A stretch of DNA of 64,000 bases from an uncultured Bacteroidales bacterium (GTDB taxonomy: Bacteria > Bacteroidota > Bacteroidia > Bacteroidales > UBA932), in the NCBI GenBank assembly GCA_947588835.1, contig CANPZS010000005.1, forward strand, positions 6,741-70,740. The letters are read 5' to 3'. This document shows, piece by piece, positions 54,826-64,000 of the stretch. Below the pieces are notes generated by a model that was given only the letters and a program-made list of their open reading frames with translations, was not told the DNA's origin and did not search any database. The translations under genes and the position numbers were made by a program. Position 1 is the first letter of the stretch. The number at the start of each line of letters is the position of its first letter.

Positions 54826-56045
54826 TAATCAGACCGGCACAGAGGACCCGCAATGTCCGGGAATATTATTTTTCACGAAAGAACAAGGAAATAGCCGACC
54901 TCGACAAGGCGCGGGCGGGGCGGGGCGATGCCGGGATTATAAATCTCGGCATCGGCTCGCCGGACGGGATGCCGCCGGAGGCGGCGATCCGCGTCCTGGC
55001 CGCTTCGGCGGCCCGCCCCGGCAACCATTCCTACCAGAGCTATACCGGCATTCCGGCCCTCCGGGAGGCATTCGCACGCTGGTACAAAACATATTACCAT
55101 GTGGACCTCGACCCCGCCTCGGAAATTCAGCCCCTCGTAGGCTCCAAGGAAGGGATACTGCTCACCTCCCTCGCCTTTCTCGACAAGGGGGACAAAGTGC
55201 TGGTCCCCGATCCGGGATATCCCGCCTACACCTCCGCCTCTCGGCTCGTCGAAGCCGAAACGGTCACCTACGACCTGACGGAGAAAAACGGCTGGCTTCC
55301 GGACTTCGGCCGTCTCGGGCGGATGGACCTGACCGGCGTGAAAATCATGTGGCTCAACTATCCCAACATGCCCACCGGAGCATGCGCCACGCCGGAGCTG
55401 TACAGGCAAGCCGTAGACTTCGCCCGGAAGCACGGCATATTGGTGATAAACGACAATCCGTACAGTTTCATCCTGACGGACCGTCCGCTCTCCATCCTCG
55501 GCGTGCCGGGAGCCAAGGATTGCTGTCTGGAGCTCAATTCGCTCAGCAAGGCCCACAACATGGCCGGCTGGCGCATCGGCATGATAGCAGGCGCATCCGA
55601 CATGATAGCCGAAGTGCTCAAGGTAAAGAGCCAGATGGACTCCGGCATGTTCAAGCCCCTGCAGCTCGCCGCCATAGAAGCCCTGGGCCAGGGGCCGGAA
55701 TGGTTCCGCAAGCTGAATGCCGAATACGGACGACGCCGAGAAGCGGCGGGCCGCATACTGGACACGATAGGGGCAAAATACGACAAGGACGGAGGAGGGC
55801 TTTTCCTGTGGGGACGGATATCCGAAGACAATCCGCTTTTGGAAGGGACGGATCCGCACATCAGCTTCGGGGAACGGGTTTCCGACCGTCTACTCTACGG
55901 CTGCGGCGTGTTCATCACTCCGGGATTCATATTCGGCAGGAACGGCGAATGCTATGTGCGCATATCCATCTGTTCTCCGGCAGAAACGCTCAACGAAGCC
56001 GACGGACGGATAAAAGCTTTTTGCGCAGGACTGAAACGGGGATGA
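54822..56045 (+). CDS. Class I/II PLP-dependent aminotransferase (aromatic pathway context)
   Basis: NLGIGSPD, NYPNMPTG, DNPY, SLSKAHNMAGWRIG. Confidence 0.9.
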   Translation: MIIRPAQRTRNVREYYFSRKNKEIADLDKARAGRGDAGIINLGIGSPDGMPPEAAIRVLAASAARPGNHSYQSYTGIPALREAFARWYKTYYHVDLDPASEIQPLVGSKEGILLTSLAFLDKGDKVLVPDPGYPAYTSASRLVEAETVTYDLTEKNGWLPDFGRLGRMDLTGVKIMWLNYPNMPTGACATPELYRQAVDFARKHGILVINDNPYSFILTDRPLSILGVPGAKDCCLELNSLSKAHNMAGWRIGMIAGASDMIAEVLKVKSQMDSGMFKPLQLAAIEALGQGPEWFRKLNAEYGRRREAAGRILDTIGAKYDKDGGGLFLWGRISEDNPLLEGTDPHISFGERVSDRLLYGCGVFITPGFIFGRNGECYVRISICSPAETLNEADGRIKAFCAGLKRG

Positions 56046-56061
56046 AATTGTTTGAAGAGAC

Positions 56062-56916
56062 ATGACAGTAGGAATAATAGGACTCGGTCTCATAGGCGGC
56101 TCTATGGCCGTGGATCTCAAGCGCAGGGGCTTCGCCGGCACGGTTCTCGGCGTGGAAGCCGATCCGGTCAATGCGGAGGCCGCCGCCAAGATGAAACTCG
56201 CCGACGAGATTGTCGGCTATGAAGAATGCGTAGACCGCAGCGACATAATAGTCGTGGCCGTCCCGGTGGGAACCGCCGTCAGGATGGTATGCGACATCCT
56301 CGACCGTTTCCGCGACACGGAGGCCAAGGACAAAACAGTGATTGACGTATGCTCCACCAAGGAGCAGATCATCACGGCGACGCACTACCATCCATGCAGA
56401 GGCCAGTTCGTATCCACGCATCCTATGGCCGGCACTGAATATTCGGGCCCCTGGGCGGCCATGCCCAACCTTTTCGACGGGCGCGCCTGCATCTTCGCCA
56501 ACGTCGAGGAATCCTCCCCGAAGGCCCGCAAAACCATAGAAGACATGTACGATGTCCTCAACATGAGGCCCATCTACATGAACGCGTCCAGCCACGACCT
56601 GCACACGGCCTACGTGTCGCACATTTCGCACGTCACTTCCTTCGCCCTCGCCCTGACCGTGCTCGACAAGGAAAAAGACGAAAAGCACATATTCGATCTC
56701 GCTTCCGGAGGCTTTTCCTCCACCGTCCGCCTGGCCAAGAGCAATGCGGACATGTGGGTGCCCATCCTGATGCAGAACCACGACAACGTGCTGCATGTGA
56801 TAGACACTTACATAGAGAAAATGAAACTGTTCCGCGACGCGATAGCGGACTTCGACGAAGACAGGGTGCGCGGACTGATAAACGATGCCAACCGCATCAA
56901 AAAAATCATACGCTGA
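56062..56916 (+). CDS. tyrA: Prephenate dehydrogenase
   Basis: GLGLIGGS, HPMAGTE, HDLHTAYVSHISH, RLAKS. Confidence 0.93.
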   Translation: MTVGIIGLGLIGGSMAVDLKRRGFAGTVLGVEADPVNAEAAAKMKLADEIVGYEECVDRSDIIVVAVPVGTAVRMVCDILDRFRDTEAKDKTVIDVCSTKEQIITATHYHPCRGQFVSTHPMAGTEYSGPWAAMPNLFDGRACIFANVEESSPKARKTIEDMYDVLNMRPIYMNASSHDLHTAYVSHISHVTSFALALTVLDKEKDEKHIFDLASGGFSSTVRLAKSNADMWVPILMQNHDNVLHVIDTYIEKMKLFRDAIADFDEDRVRGLINDANRIKKIIR

Positions 56917-56969
56917 CACCGCGTCGATCGCGGAGCGCAAACGATACAGAATATATAAAACGGACTGAT

Positions 56970-58097
56970 ATGACTAATGCATTGGATTTGGTTCCGGTGA
57001 CGGAATGGGGGTTTTTCACTTTGCCCCGCCCCATGATAATAGCCGGACCGTGCAGTGCCGAGAGCGAAGAACAGCTGCTGCAAACGGCCAAAGGCCTGGA
57101 CAGTTTAGGAATACACGTGCTGCGCGCAGGAATATGGAAGCCGCGTACGCATCCGAATTGTTTCGAAGGTGTCGGCGTCGGCGGTCTCAAATGGCTCCAG
57201 ACCGTCAAAAGGGAAGTCGGCATGAAGGTAAGCACGGAAGTGGCGAGCGCGAAGCATGTCTATGAATGCCTCAAATACGGCATCGACATGGTCTGGATAG
57301 GGGCCCGCACCACCGCCAATCCTTTTCTCGTGCAGGAAATCGCCGACGCCCTGCGCGACACCGACATTCCCGTCCTCGTCAAGAATCCGGTAAACCCCGA
57401 CCTCGACCTGTGGATAGGGGCTCTCGAGCGTCTGAACCAGGCCGGCGTACGAAAACTCGGGGTAATCCACAGGGGCTTTTCTTCTTCGCAGAAAATCAGC
57501 TACCGCAACGATCCGGGCTGGAGAATCGCCATCGAACTGCGCACCCGGTATCCGATGCTGCCTTTCTTCGCCGATCCGAGCCACATGGGCGGAGACAGGA
57601 AATTCCTTCTGGAAATCTCCCAGAGGGCGCTTGATCTCGGGCTCGACGGGCTCATGATAGAGTCGCATTGCGATCCGTCCAATGCGCTGAGCGACGCCAA
57701 ACAGCAGCTGAAGCCCGAAGATCTGGGCCTGATGCTCAAGAAAATAATCGTCAGGGACAACGACAACGACAGCCCTGCATACAAGGAAAGCATAGCCCAG
57801 CTGAGGGCGCAGATCGACGTCATCGACGACAATCTTCTGTCCGCGCTCGCGTCACGCATGAACATAAGCGCCAGAATCGGTTCCTACAAAAAGGAACACA
57901 ACATAGCCATCCTGCAGACGGGACGGTGGGACAGGCTGCTGGAAGAAATGGTGCGGAAAGGCAAAGGCTTCGGCCTGTCGGAGGAATTCATAACCACCGT
58001 CTTCAACGCCATACACGAAGAATCGGTAAAAATACAGAACGACGTCATTTCAGAGCAGAACGACGTCATTTCAGACGGGAAAGGACAGCCGTCCTGA
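56970..58097 (+). CDS. Bifunctional DAHP synthase (Ib) / chorismate mutase type II
   Basis: IAGPCSAES, WKPRT, IGART, DPSH, GLMIESH; C-terminal LRAQIDVIDD chorismate mutase domain; start ATG 56970. Confidence 0.92.
   Translation: MTNALDLVPVTEWGFFTLPRPMIIAGPCSAESEEQLLQTAKGLDSLGIHVLRAGIWKPRTHPNCFEGVGVGGLKWLQTVKREVGMKVSTEVASAKHVYECLKYGIDMVWIGARTTANPFLVQEIADALRDTDIPVLVKNPVNPDLDLWIGALERLNQAGVRKLGVIHRGFSSSQKISYRNDPGWRIAIELRTRYPMLPFFADPSHMGGDRKFLLEISQRALDLGLDGLMIESHCDPSNALSDAKQQLKPEDLGLMLKKIIVRDNDNDSPAYKESIAQLRAQIDVIDDNLLSALASRMNISARIGSYKKEHNIAILQTGRWDRLLEEMVRKGKGFGLSEEFITTVFNAIHEESVKIQNDVISEQNDVISDGKGQPS
58035..58076 (+). repeat. 21-bp tandem duplication (QNDVISE/QNDVISD)
   Basis: CAGAACGACGTCATTTCAGAG followed by CAGAACGACGTCATTTCAGAC. 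Confidence 0.9.
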
Positions 58098-59196
58098 ACG
58101 CTTCTTCTTCGCAGGACGACAGGAAAGAGACTTTCACCGGGATATAAAACAGCCTCTCACGGAGAAAATCCGGCACTTTCTTCACGTCCGCTATCCTCCG
58201 GGCGTCCTTTTCAGTAGTGGCCACCACGGCCGTGGGCCATTCTCTGGCCGCACGGTTCAGGGCCGCGACGTCGGACGTGGAGTAACGGTGGTGATCCGGG
58301 AAATTGAAATGGCTCACTATCTTGTAATTGTCTGAAAGATAATTTATGAGGGGCTTGTCATTCGCTATGCCGGTGAACAGGATCAGCCTTTGGGAATAGA
58401 CATATCTCATGTCGCCCTCCGGAAATACGGGACGCATGGCTTCGTGCTCCATGCCGGAAAACAGAAGCATCTGCTCCTTTCCGCGTCCGTCGCGGCCCGT
58501 GCAGGACCTGGCGTCATATCCGGACAGTCCGAGCCGCCGCGCCCAGTTTTCCTTTTCCCAGTCATCCATGAACGCGGGACATTTCGTCACTATGATGATG
58601 TCCGCATCGCATTTCCTTTCCGGCAGATCGCGCAGCCTCCCGAAAGGAATGAGCCTGTCCTTGAAAAATGGCCGGCTGCAGTCCGTGAGAAGGATATTGA
58701 CCGTCGCCTTCAGCTTCCTGTATTGGAATGCGTCGTCCAGCACTATGGCATCGGCTTTTTCAATGTTCTTGTCAATACATCTGCGGGCCTTGCGCGAACT
58801 TTCGAGCTTTTCGGGATGGCACAGGAAATCGCAGCCTTCGATACGGTTGCGGTCCACGGCCACGGTCACGGACGGGAATTTCCCGGCCATCTGCACGGGC
58901 TCGTCTCCGAACAGGCGGGCCGAACCTCCGGGCACGACTTTCTGGAACCCTTTGCTGCTGCGCCTGTATCCCCTTGAAAGCACGGCCGTTTTCTTGCCCT
59001 TCCATTCCTCGCTGCCTGCAAGCATCCTCAACAGCATTTCCGTATGAGGGGTCTTGCCCGTTCCTCCGGCCGTTATGTTGCCTATGCATACGGTGGGGAC
59101 TTCCGCCGTCCGGCCTTTCAAAATACCGCTCCGGTACATGAAGTTCTTTGCCGCCAAAAACAGCGAATATGGAAAAAGAATAATCCTGTCAATCAT
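58066..59196 (-). CDS. lpxK: Tetraacyldisaccharide 4'-kinase
   Basis: IGNITAGGTGKTP, LSRGY, GDEP, LDDAFQ, FPDHH, TTEKD. Confidence 0.95.
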   Translation of the reverse strand: MIDRIILFPYSLFLAAKNFMYRSGILKGRTAEVPTVCIGNITAGGTGKTPHTEMLLRMLAGSEEWKGKKTAVLSRGYRRSSKGFQKVVPGGSARLFGDEPVQMAGKFPSVTVAVDRNRIEGCDFLCHPEKLESSRKARRCIDKNIEKADAIVLDDAFQYRKLKATVNILLTDCSRPFFKDRLIPFGRLRDLPERKCDADIIIVTKCPAFMDDWEKENWARRLGLSGYDARSCTGRDGRGKEQMLLFSGMEHEAMRPVFPEGDMRYVYSQRLILFTGIANDKPLINYLSDNYKIVSHFNFPDHHRYSTSDVAALNRAAREWPTAVVATTEKDARRIADVKKVPDFLRERLFYIPVKVSFLSSCEEEAFRTAVLSRLK

Positions 59197-59234
59197 CGGG
59201 CATAAAAATATCGTGTGAAGATAGCAATTTTACT

Positions 59235-60269
59235 TCATAGTCCGTACACCGAAGACGATGTTCCGGGCGAAACGTCTCCCCATCTTTCCCCTATTCCGTC
59301 CAAAACGGCATTCAGCTCATCCGGATCGTCCGTCGTCACCAACTTTATCCTCGTGTCCTTGAAATCCGGCAGGCCCTTGAAGTAGCACGACAGGTGGCGG
59401 CGCATCTCGTAGACGCCGCGCGGCAGGCCTTTCATGCGTACGGAAAGCGCAAGATGCCTCTTGGCGAGCTCCACCCTTTCCAAAGTGCCGGGCGGCTCCG
59501 GACAGCGGCCGGTCGCGAGATATTGTTTGATCTCCCTGAAAATCCATGGACGGCCGAAAGAGGCGCGGCCGACCATTATCCCGTCCACTCCGTAACGGCT
59601 GAACGCTTCGGCGGCCCTGGCTGCGGAATTTATGTCTCCGTTGCCTATGACCGGGATGCGCATCCGGGGATTTTTCATGACTTCCCCTATCAATGTCCAG
59701 TCGGCCTCCCCCTTGTACATCTGGCAGCGCGTGCGGCCGTGTATCGTGATGGCCTGGGCCCCCGCGTCCTGCAGCCTTTCCGCCAGCCCGACTATTATCT
59801 TGGAGTTCTCGTCCCAGCCGAGCCTGGTCTTGACCGTCACGGGCTTCGAGACGGCCTTCGCGACCATTTCGGTTATCATCACCATCTTGTCGGGCTCCCG
59901 CATCATGCCCGAGCCGGCTCCGCGTCCCGCGATTTTCGATACGGGACAGCCGAAATTTATGTCTATGACGTCGGCTCCGTGGCCTCCGGCTATTTCCGCG
60001 GCCCTTTCGGCCATCCGGGCGGCTTCGGTCATGGCGTCCGGAAAGCTCCCGTAAATCTGTATGCCGACAGGCGCTTCCTCATCCCACGTATGCATCTTTT
60101 CAATAGCCTTTCCGGCATCGCGGACGAGGCCGTCGGAAGAGATGAATTCCGTATAGACCATGTCCGCGCCGAATTCTTTGCAGATGAGCCTGAACGACGC
60201 ATCCGTCACATCCTCCATCGGCGCCAGCAATACGGGTTTTTCTCCGAGGTCTACATTGCCTATCTTCAT
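59235..60269 (-). CDS. dusB: tRNA-dihydrouridine synthase B
   Basis: LAPMEDVTD, DINFGCP, TIHGRT, NGDI, MVGR. Confidence 0.93.
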   Translation of the reverse strand: MKIGNVDLGEKPVLLAPMEDVTDASFRLICKEFGADMVYTEFISSDGLVRDAGKAIEKMHTWDEEAPVGIQIYGSFPDAMTEAARMAERAAEIAGGHGADVIDINFGCPVSKIAGRGAGSGMMREPDKMVMITEMVAKAVSKPVTVKTRLGWDENSKIIVGLAERLQDAGAQAITIHGRTRCQMYKGEADWTLIGEVMKNPRMRIPVIGNGDINSAARAAEAFSRYGVDGIMVGRASFGRPWIFREIKQYLATGRCPEPPGTLERVELAKRHLALSVRMKGLPRGVYEMRRHLSCYFKGLPDFKDTRIKLVTTDDPDELNAVLDGIGERWGDVSPGTSSSVYGL

Positions 60270-60315
60270 AGCGGTACGATAATCCGAAGGCAAAAATACA
60301 AAAAATCGGGCATCC

Positions 60316-62562
60316 TCAGCCGTCCTGCTGAAATTCCCGGCCGGCCCTCAAAAGGTGCCGCAGCACCGACACTATCTCGAAAGTCTCCTGAAGAATGTTC
60401 AGATAGATCAGGGAAACGTTGAGATTTCCGCTCTCGCGCTGAGTCCGAGCCATCTGCTCCGACTGCAGGGCGTTCAGCCGCCCTTTCATGTCCTCGCTTT
60501 CCGCCATTACCCGCTCCATGCCGCCGTAGTCTCCGGTGCATATAATCTTTTCGGTTTCCAAAAGAAGCCCCGACACTTTTTGGCGCACGGGCAGGAATTC
60601 CTGCATGTATCCGGCCGGCAGGGGAGTGAAATTGTTGTCCACGTATTCGCCGCACAGGTCGCTCATCCGCTTCAGCACATAGTGCAGCTGAAAGCAGCTG
60701 TTGATGCACAGATGGAAATGCATGTTCTTTTCCATGGCCAGACTGCGGTCTATCTTCCGCATGCCCGTCAGTCCGCGGCGCCGCAGACGGCGAAGAATCA
60801 TTTTTCTTTCTTCAATCCGCTTCGAAGCCGAGTGAAGGACATTGCGGTCTTCACCGGCGAATCCGTCGGTCAAGGCGACATAAGTGTCCGACGTATATGA
60901 CAGCATCTCCGTCACTTGATCGCGGACATAATGGCGCAGCAAGTCCCAGGCGCGGTTCGTGTCGCGTTCGGCGAGAATGCGTCGGAACGGTTCGTCCGAC
61001 TCCGCCTCGGCGTGCATGCGGCGGCTGTAACGGATGTTGCTCCGCACCAGCAGCACTATCGCCAGGGCTATGAGCAAAAGCATTGCGGCGATGCCGCCGA
61101 AATACATGGCGATCGCCACGAAGAAACAAAGCGTGAAGGCGGCCCCCGCCGTGATGAACCATCCTCCGATGACGGACAGGACTCCCGTGACGCGGAATAC
61201 GGCGCTCTCGCGTCCCCATGCACGGTCGGCCAGCGACGTTCCCATCGCCACCATGAACGTAACATAGGTAGTCGACAAGGGCAGTTTCAACGATGTTCCC
61301 AATGCAATCAATAGGCTGGCCATCAGGAGATTGACCGAAGCGCGCACCAAGTCGAACGCTGCACCGTCCGTCCTGTCCGCGCATTCGTCGGAAAATCTGG
61401 AATTTATCCATGCCTTTGCTTTCGGCGGAACGATGCGGGAGAAAAACGTCGCCGCAGACATTCCGATCCTCACTATGCTGCGCGCGGCGGCTGACGAGCC
61501 GAACATTTCCTCCCCTTCGTCCTTGCGCGACAGGTCCACGGAGGTGCGGATTACTCGTCCGGCCTTTTTAGAAAAGAAAAGGGAAAGTATCATCACCAGA
61601 CCGGCGGCGGCAAGATAGACCAAAGGAGTGCGGGCAGGCGCGTTCAGCGAATCCATAAGATAATTGTCCGCGCCGCCTCCGTTGGCCGCATAGTCGCTCA
61701 GGGACTCCAGGCCGGCGAGCGGAACGCCTATGAAATTGACCAGGTCATTGCCGGCGAAAGCCATCGCAAGGGCAAAGGTTCCGAGCAGCACCACCACTTT
61801 CAACACGTTCACGCGACACCAGTGGAGCACCTGCATGACGACGGTCAAGACCGCAAAAATACAGGCCGTCAGGAGCCACGGGTGCGCCTCCGTCCATACG
61901 TCCAAGCCTGCCGCCGCCATGAAAGGGGCATTTTTTAGTCCTTTTATAATCATGAAATACACGATGGCCGTTGACGCCGCGCCTCCGAACAGGCCTGCGC
62001 TCCATTTCATGTGGCGGCGATAGTCGAAAGTGAACATCAGCCTCGTGAGCCATTGCACCGCCGCACCGAACACGAATGCAATTGCCACCGAAAGGAAAAT
62101 GCCCATTATGACCGACAGGGCCTTGTCGGTGTTGAGATATTCTCCGAAATGAAGGCCTTCCGTGCCAAAAATCTTGACAAGGGTCAAGGCGAAGGCACCT
62201 CCAAGCAGTTCGAACACCATGGATACGGTCGTAGACGTCGGAAGCCCCAGCGTGTTGAAAACATCCAGAATGATGATGTCGCTCACCATGACGGCGAGGA
62301 AGACGCACATAAGTTCCCGGAAATAAAACCGTTCCGGCCTGAAAATGCCATGGCGGGCTATGTCCATCATGCCGTTGGATACAAATGCGCCGCAGATTAT
62401 CCCTGCGGCGGCGATTATTATTATGGTGCGCAGAGGCGCCACCTTGGAACCCACGGCAGACGAAAGGAAATTCACCGCGTCATTGCCCACTCCTACCATC
62501 AAATCCACGACGGCGAGCAGCAGCATCATAAAGACGATGACTTCAAAATAAAAGATTTCCAT
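60316..62562 (-). CDS. Inorganic phosphate transporter (PiT family) with C-terminal PhoU-like helical domain
   Basis: GVGNDAVN, GLPTSTT, FAGNDLVN, LPLSTT PiT repeats; soluble helical C-terminus. Confidence 0.9.
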   Translation of the reverse strand: MEIFYFEVIVFMMLLLAVVDLMVGVGNDAVNFLSSAVGSKVAPLRTIIIIAAAGIICGAFVSNGMMDIARHGIFRPERFYFRELMCVFLAVMVSDIIILDVFNTLGLPTSTTVSMVFELLGGAFALTLVKIFGTEGLHFGEYLNTDKALSVIMGIFLSVAIAFVFGAAVQWLTRLMFTFDYRRHMKWSAGLFGGAASTAIVYFMIIKGLKNAPFMAAAGLDVWTEAHPWLLTACIFAVLTVVMQVLHWCRVNVLKVVVLLGTFALAMAFAGNDLVNFIGVPLAGLESLSDYAANGGGADNYLMDSLNAPARTPLVYLAAAGLVMILSLFFSKKAGRVIRTSVDLSRKDEGEEMFGSSAAARSIVRIGMSAATFFSRIVPPKAKAWINSRFSDECADRTDGAAFDLVRASVNLLMASLLIALGTSLKLPLSTTYVTFMVAMGTSLADRAWGRESAVFRVTGVLSVIGGWFITAGAAFTLCFFVAIAMYFGGIAAMLLLIALAIVLLVRSNIRYSRRMHAEAESDEPFRRILAERDTNRAWDLLRHYVRDQVTEMLSYTSDTYVALTDGFAGEDRNVLHSASKRIEERKMILRRLRRRGLTGMRKIDRSLAMEKNMHFHLCINSCFQLHYVLKRMSDLCGEYVDNNFTPLPAGYMQEFLPVRQKVSGLLLETEKIICTGDYGGMERVMAESEDMKGRLNALQSEQMARTQRESGNLNVSLIYLNILQETFEIVSVLRHLLRAGREFQQDG

Positions 62563-62583
62563 ACTTTTTCCGTTTATACGGCA

Positions 62584-62640
62584 CAAAAGTACGGACGGGA
62601 TGTTTCGGGAATATTACCTTAATGTGACAATACCGTTACA
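62584..62640 (-). promoter_or_regulatory. PiT promoter with Pho-box-like 11-bp-period direct repeats
   Basis: Minus strand TGTAAC-N5-TGTCAC-N5-GGTAAT (62640-62613) upstream of TACTTTTG (62591-62584). Confidence 0.5.
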
Positions 62641-64000
62641 GACCGCCGCGCCTGTCCAAGGAGAAGCGGAATTCCAGTCCGCCCTCCGCGCGGTTGCGCA
62701 CCGAAACGGAGCCGCCGTGAGCCATGACTGCATGTTTCACAATCGAAAGGCCGAGGCCCGTCCCTCCCATCTTTCTGGAACGGCCCTTGTCGATGCGGTA
62801 AAAGCGCTCGAACAGATGAGGAAGATGTTCTTCGCCCACTCCGGTCCCGTTATCCGCGAACACTATCGTATAGCATTCCGGCGTATTCTCCGCCAGACTG
62901 ATGAATATGTCGGTACCGCCGGAATATGCCGAAGCGTTTTCCGCAAGATTGTGGAAAATGGAGCCGAGCAGAGCCGGATTGCCTTCCATTTCCATGCCGG
63001 CCGGAAAATCGCAATGGATTTCAAGCCTTCTTTCGGGCGGGCGCAAAGCCATTTCCTCTGTGATTTCTTCGATGAAATTGTTGAGGACTACCTTCTCCTT
63101 GCGGATCATCCGCGCCCCTTCATCCATCCTGATTACGGATGAGACGTCCTCTAAAAGCCGGCGCAGACGCTCTCCGTGGCGAAGGCATTTTTCAAGAAAG
63201 GCCCGCCGCTGTTCCGCGTCCATTTCCGGATGCTCCAGCAGTGTTTCAATATATCCCAAAATCGCGGCCACCGGGGTTTTCAATTCATGGCTTATATTGT
63301 TGGTGAGCTGCCTTTTTATGCGGATTTTCTCCTGCTCCTCATGCAGGGCTGCCATGTGCTCCCTGTCCCTGTCGGCCATGGTCTTCTGCAGGCGGGCGTA
63401 TAGCCGGACTATATGGTTCGATATGTCTCCGAGTTCGTCATGCGGGAAAGTGGCCTCGTCCTCTATGTTTTCGGCGTGCTCCGCCCTCTCGGCAAAACGG
63501 TTCAGTCGCGTTATGTTGTGTCCCAGCCGGCGTGTGGCGAAATAGCCCGATATGCTTATAAGCAGCATGACGCACAGCATAAACCACAGGAAATGCCTGT
63601 CGGCCGCCAGCACCTCCCGGAGCGTCACAGAATAGGGGATGGCCGTCCTTACGACCCAGCCGCCGTCTGCGGTGGCCGAATAGAAATAATCGCGCTGCGT
63701 GGTATGGGAGTGGCGGCGGATAGTATATCCGTGTCCTTCGGCGAGGGCCTGAACTATTTCCGGCCTGTCCAAATGATTCTCCGTCAGAGTGTCGGCAGAA
63801 GTATCGAATGCTATTCGCCCGGTCCCGTCTATCACCGTCAGCCGCATATCGGGGATGCAGTACGCTCCGGCGTCTATCCATTCAGGATCTTCGCCCCGCT
63901 TCAATGCCTGAAGGATCTGCATGTTGCAAAGCTGCAGACGTGCGTCGAGCTTTTCCGCCTTGAAAAGACGTTCCCTGCGGTACTGGAACGTCACGAAGCA
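62636..64000 (-). CDS. PhoR-like sensor histidine kinase (5' end beyond the window)
   Basis: HAMP-like region, SHELKTP, NLAENA, DNGTG, FERFYRIDKGRSR, GTGLGL; frame open to base 64000. Confidence 0.9.
   Translation of the reverse strand, partial: CFVTFQYRRERLFKAEKLDARLQLCNMQILQALKRGEDPEWIDAGAYCIPDMRLTVIDGTGRIAFDTSADTLTENHLDRPEIVQALAEGHGYTIRRHSHTTQRDYFYSATADGGWVVRTAIPYSVTLREVLAADRHFLWFMLCVMLLISISGYFATRRLGHNITRLNRFAERAEHAENIEDEATFPHDELGDISNHIVRLYARLQKTMADRDREHMAALHEEQEKIRIKRQLTNNISHELKTPVAAILGYIETLLEHPEMDAEQRRAFLEKCLRHGERLRRLLEDVSSVIRMDEGARMIRKEKVVLNNFIEEITEEMALRPPERRLEIHCDFPAGMEMEGNPALLGSIFHNLAENASAYSGGTDIFISLAENTPECYTIVFADNGTGVGEEHLPHLFERFYRIDKGRSRKMGGTGLGLSIVKHAVMAHGGSVSVRNRAEGGLEFRFSLDRRGGL

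Overview
Bacteroidales-type chromosome window. Evidence for this: TAnnTTTG promoters, Bacteroidetes-type gene families, and a GC-rich core backbone. Bases ~1-13.4 kb are a mostly AT-rich accessory island encoding a compound RiPP (modified peptide) locus. It contains three different double-glycine (GG) leader precursor peptides (649-918, 1424-1660, 10252-10434) and two radical-SAM maturases. One maturase is a partial gene at 1-593 that the ORF track missed; the other is a GG-Bacteroidales-type enzyme at 4938-6344. The locus also holds a pseudo-rSAM/SPASM partner, a GLPGLI protein, two outer-membrane beta-barrels, a lipoprotein, a short HlyD-like protein and one C39-peptidase ABC exporter. The most novel element is the divergent left arm: a precursor with four perfect-period 10-aa repeats, each carrying Cys-x3-Asn/Asp, directly upstream of its own rSAM enzyme. 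All three precursors share a C-G-x-x-[N/D] motif. The rest (13.5-64 kb) is mostly core genome: GH2, S9 peptidase, feoAB plus a porin-like gene, a hemerythrin/LuxR pair, a GH9-CE4 fusion, queH, a sialic-acid catabolic operon, a YafQ-type TA pair beside tRNA-Gly, pheS, a C69 dipeptidase, an N-domain-less clpB, secG/lptE, pfkA, tRNA-Ala(CGC), a pyrH-frr-aromatic amino acid operon, lpxK, dusB, a PiT transporter and a PhoR-like kinase. No CRISPR array, rRNA, integrase or transposase was seen. Family assignments come from motif recognition by eye, not database searches. Several start codons were re-assigned from the ORF track.
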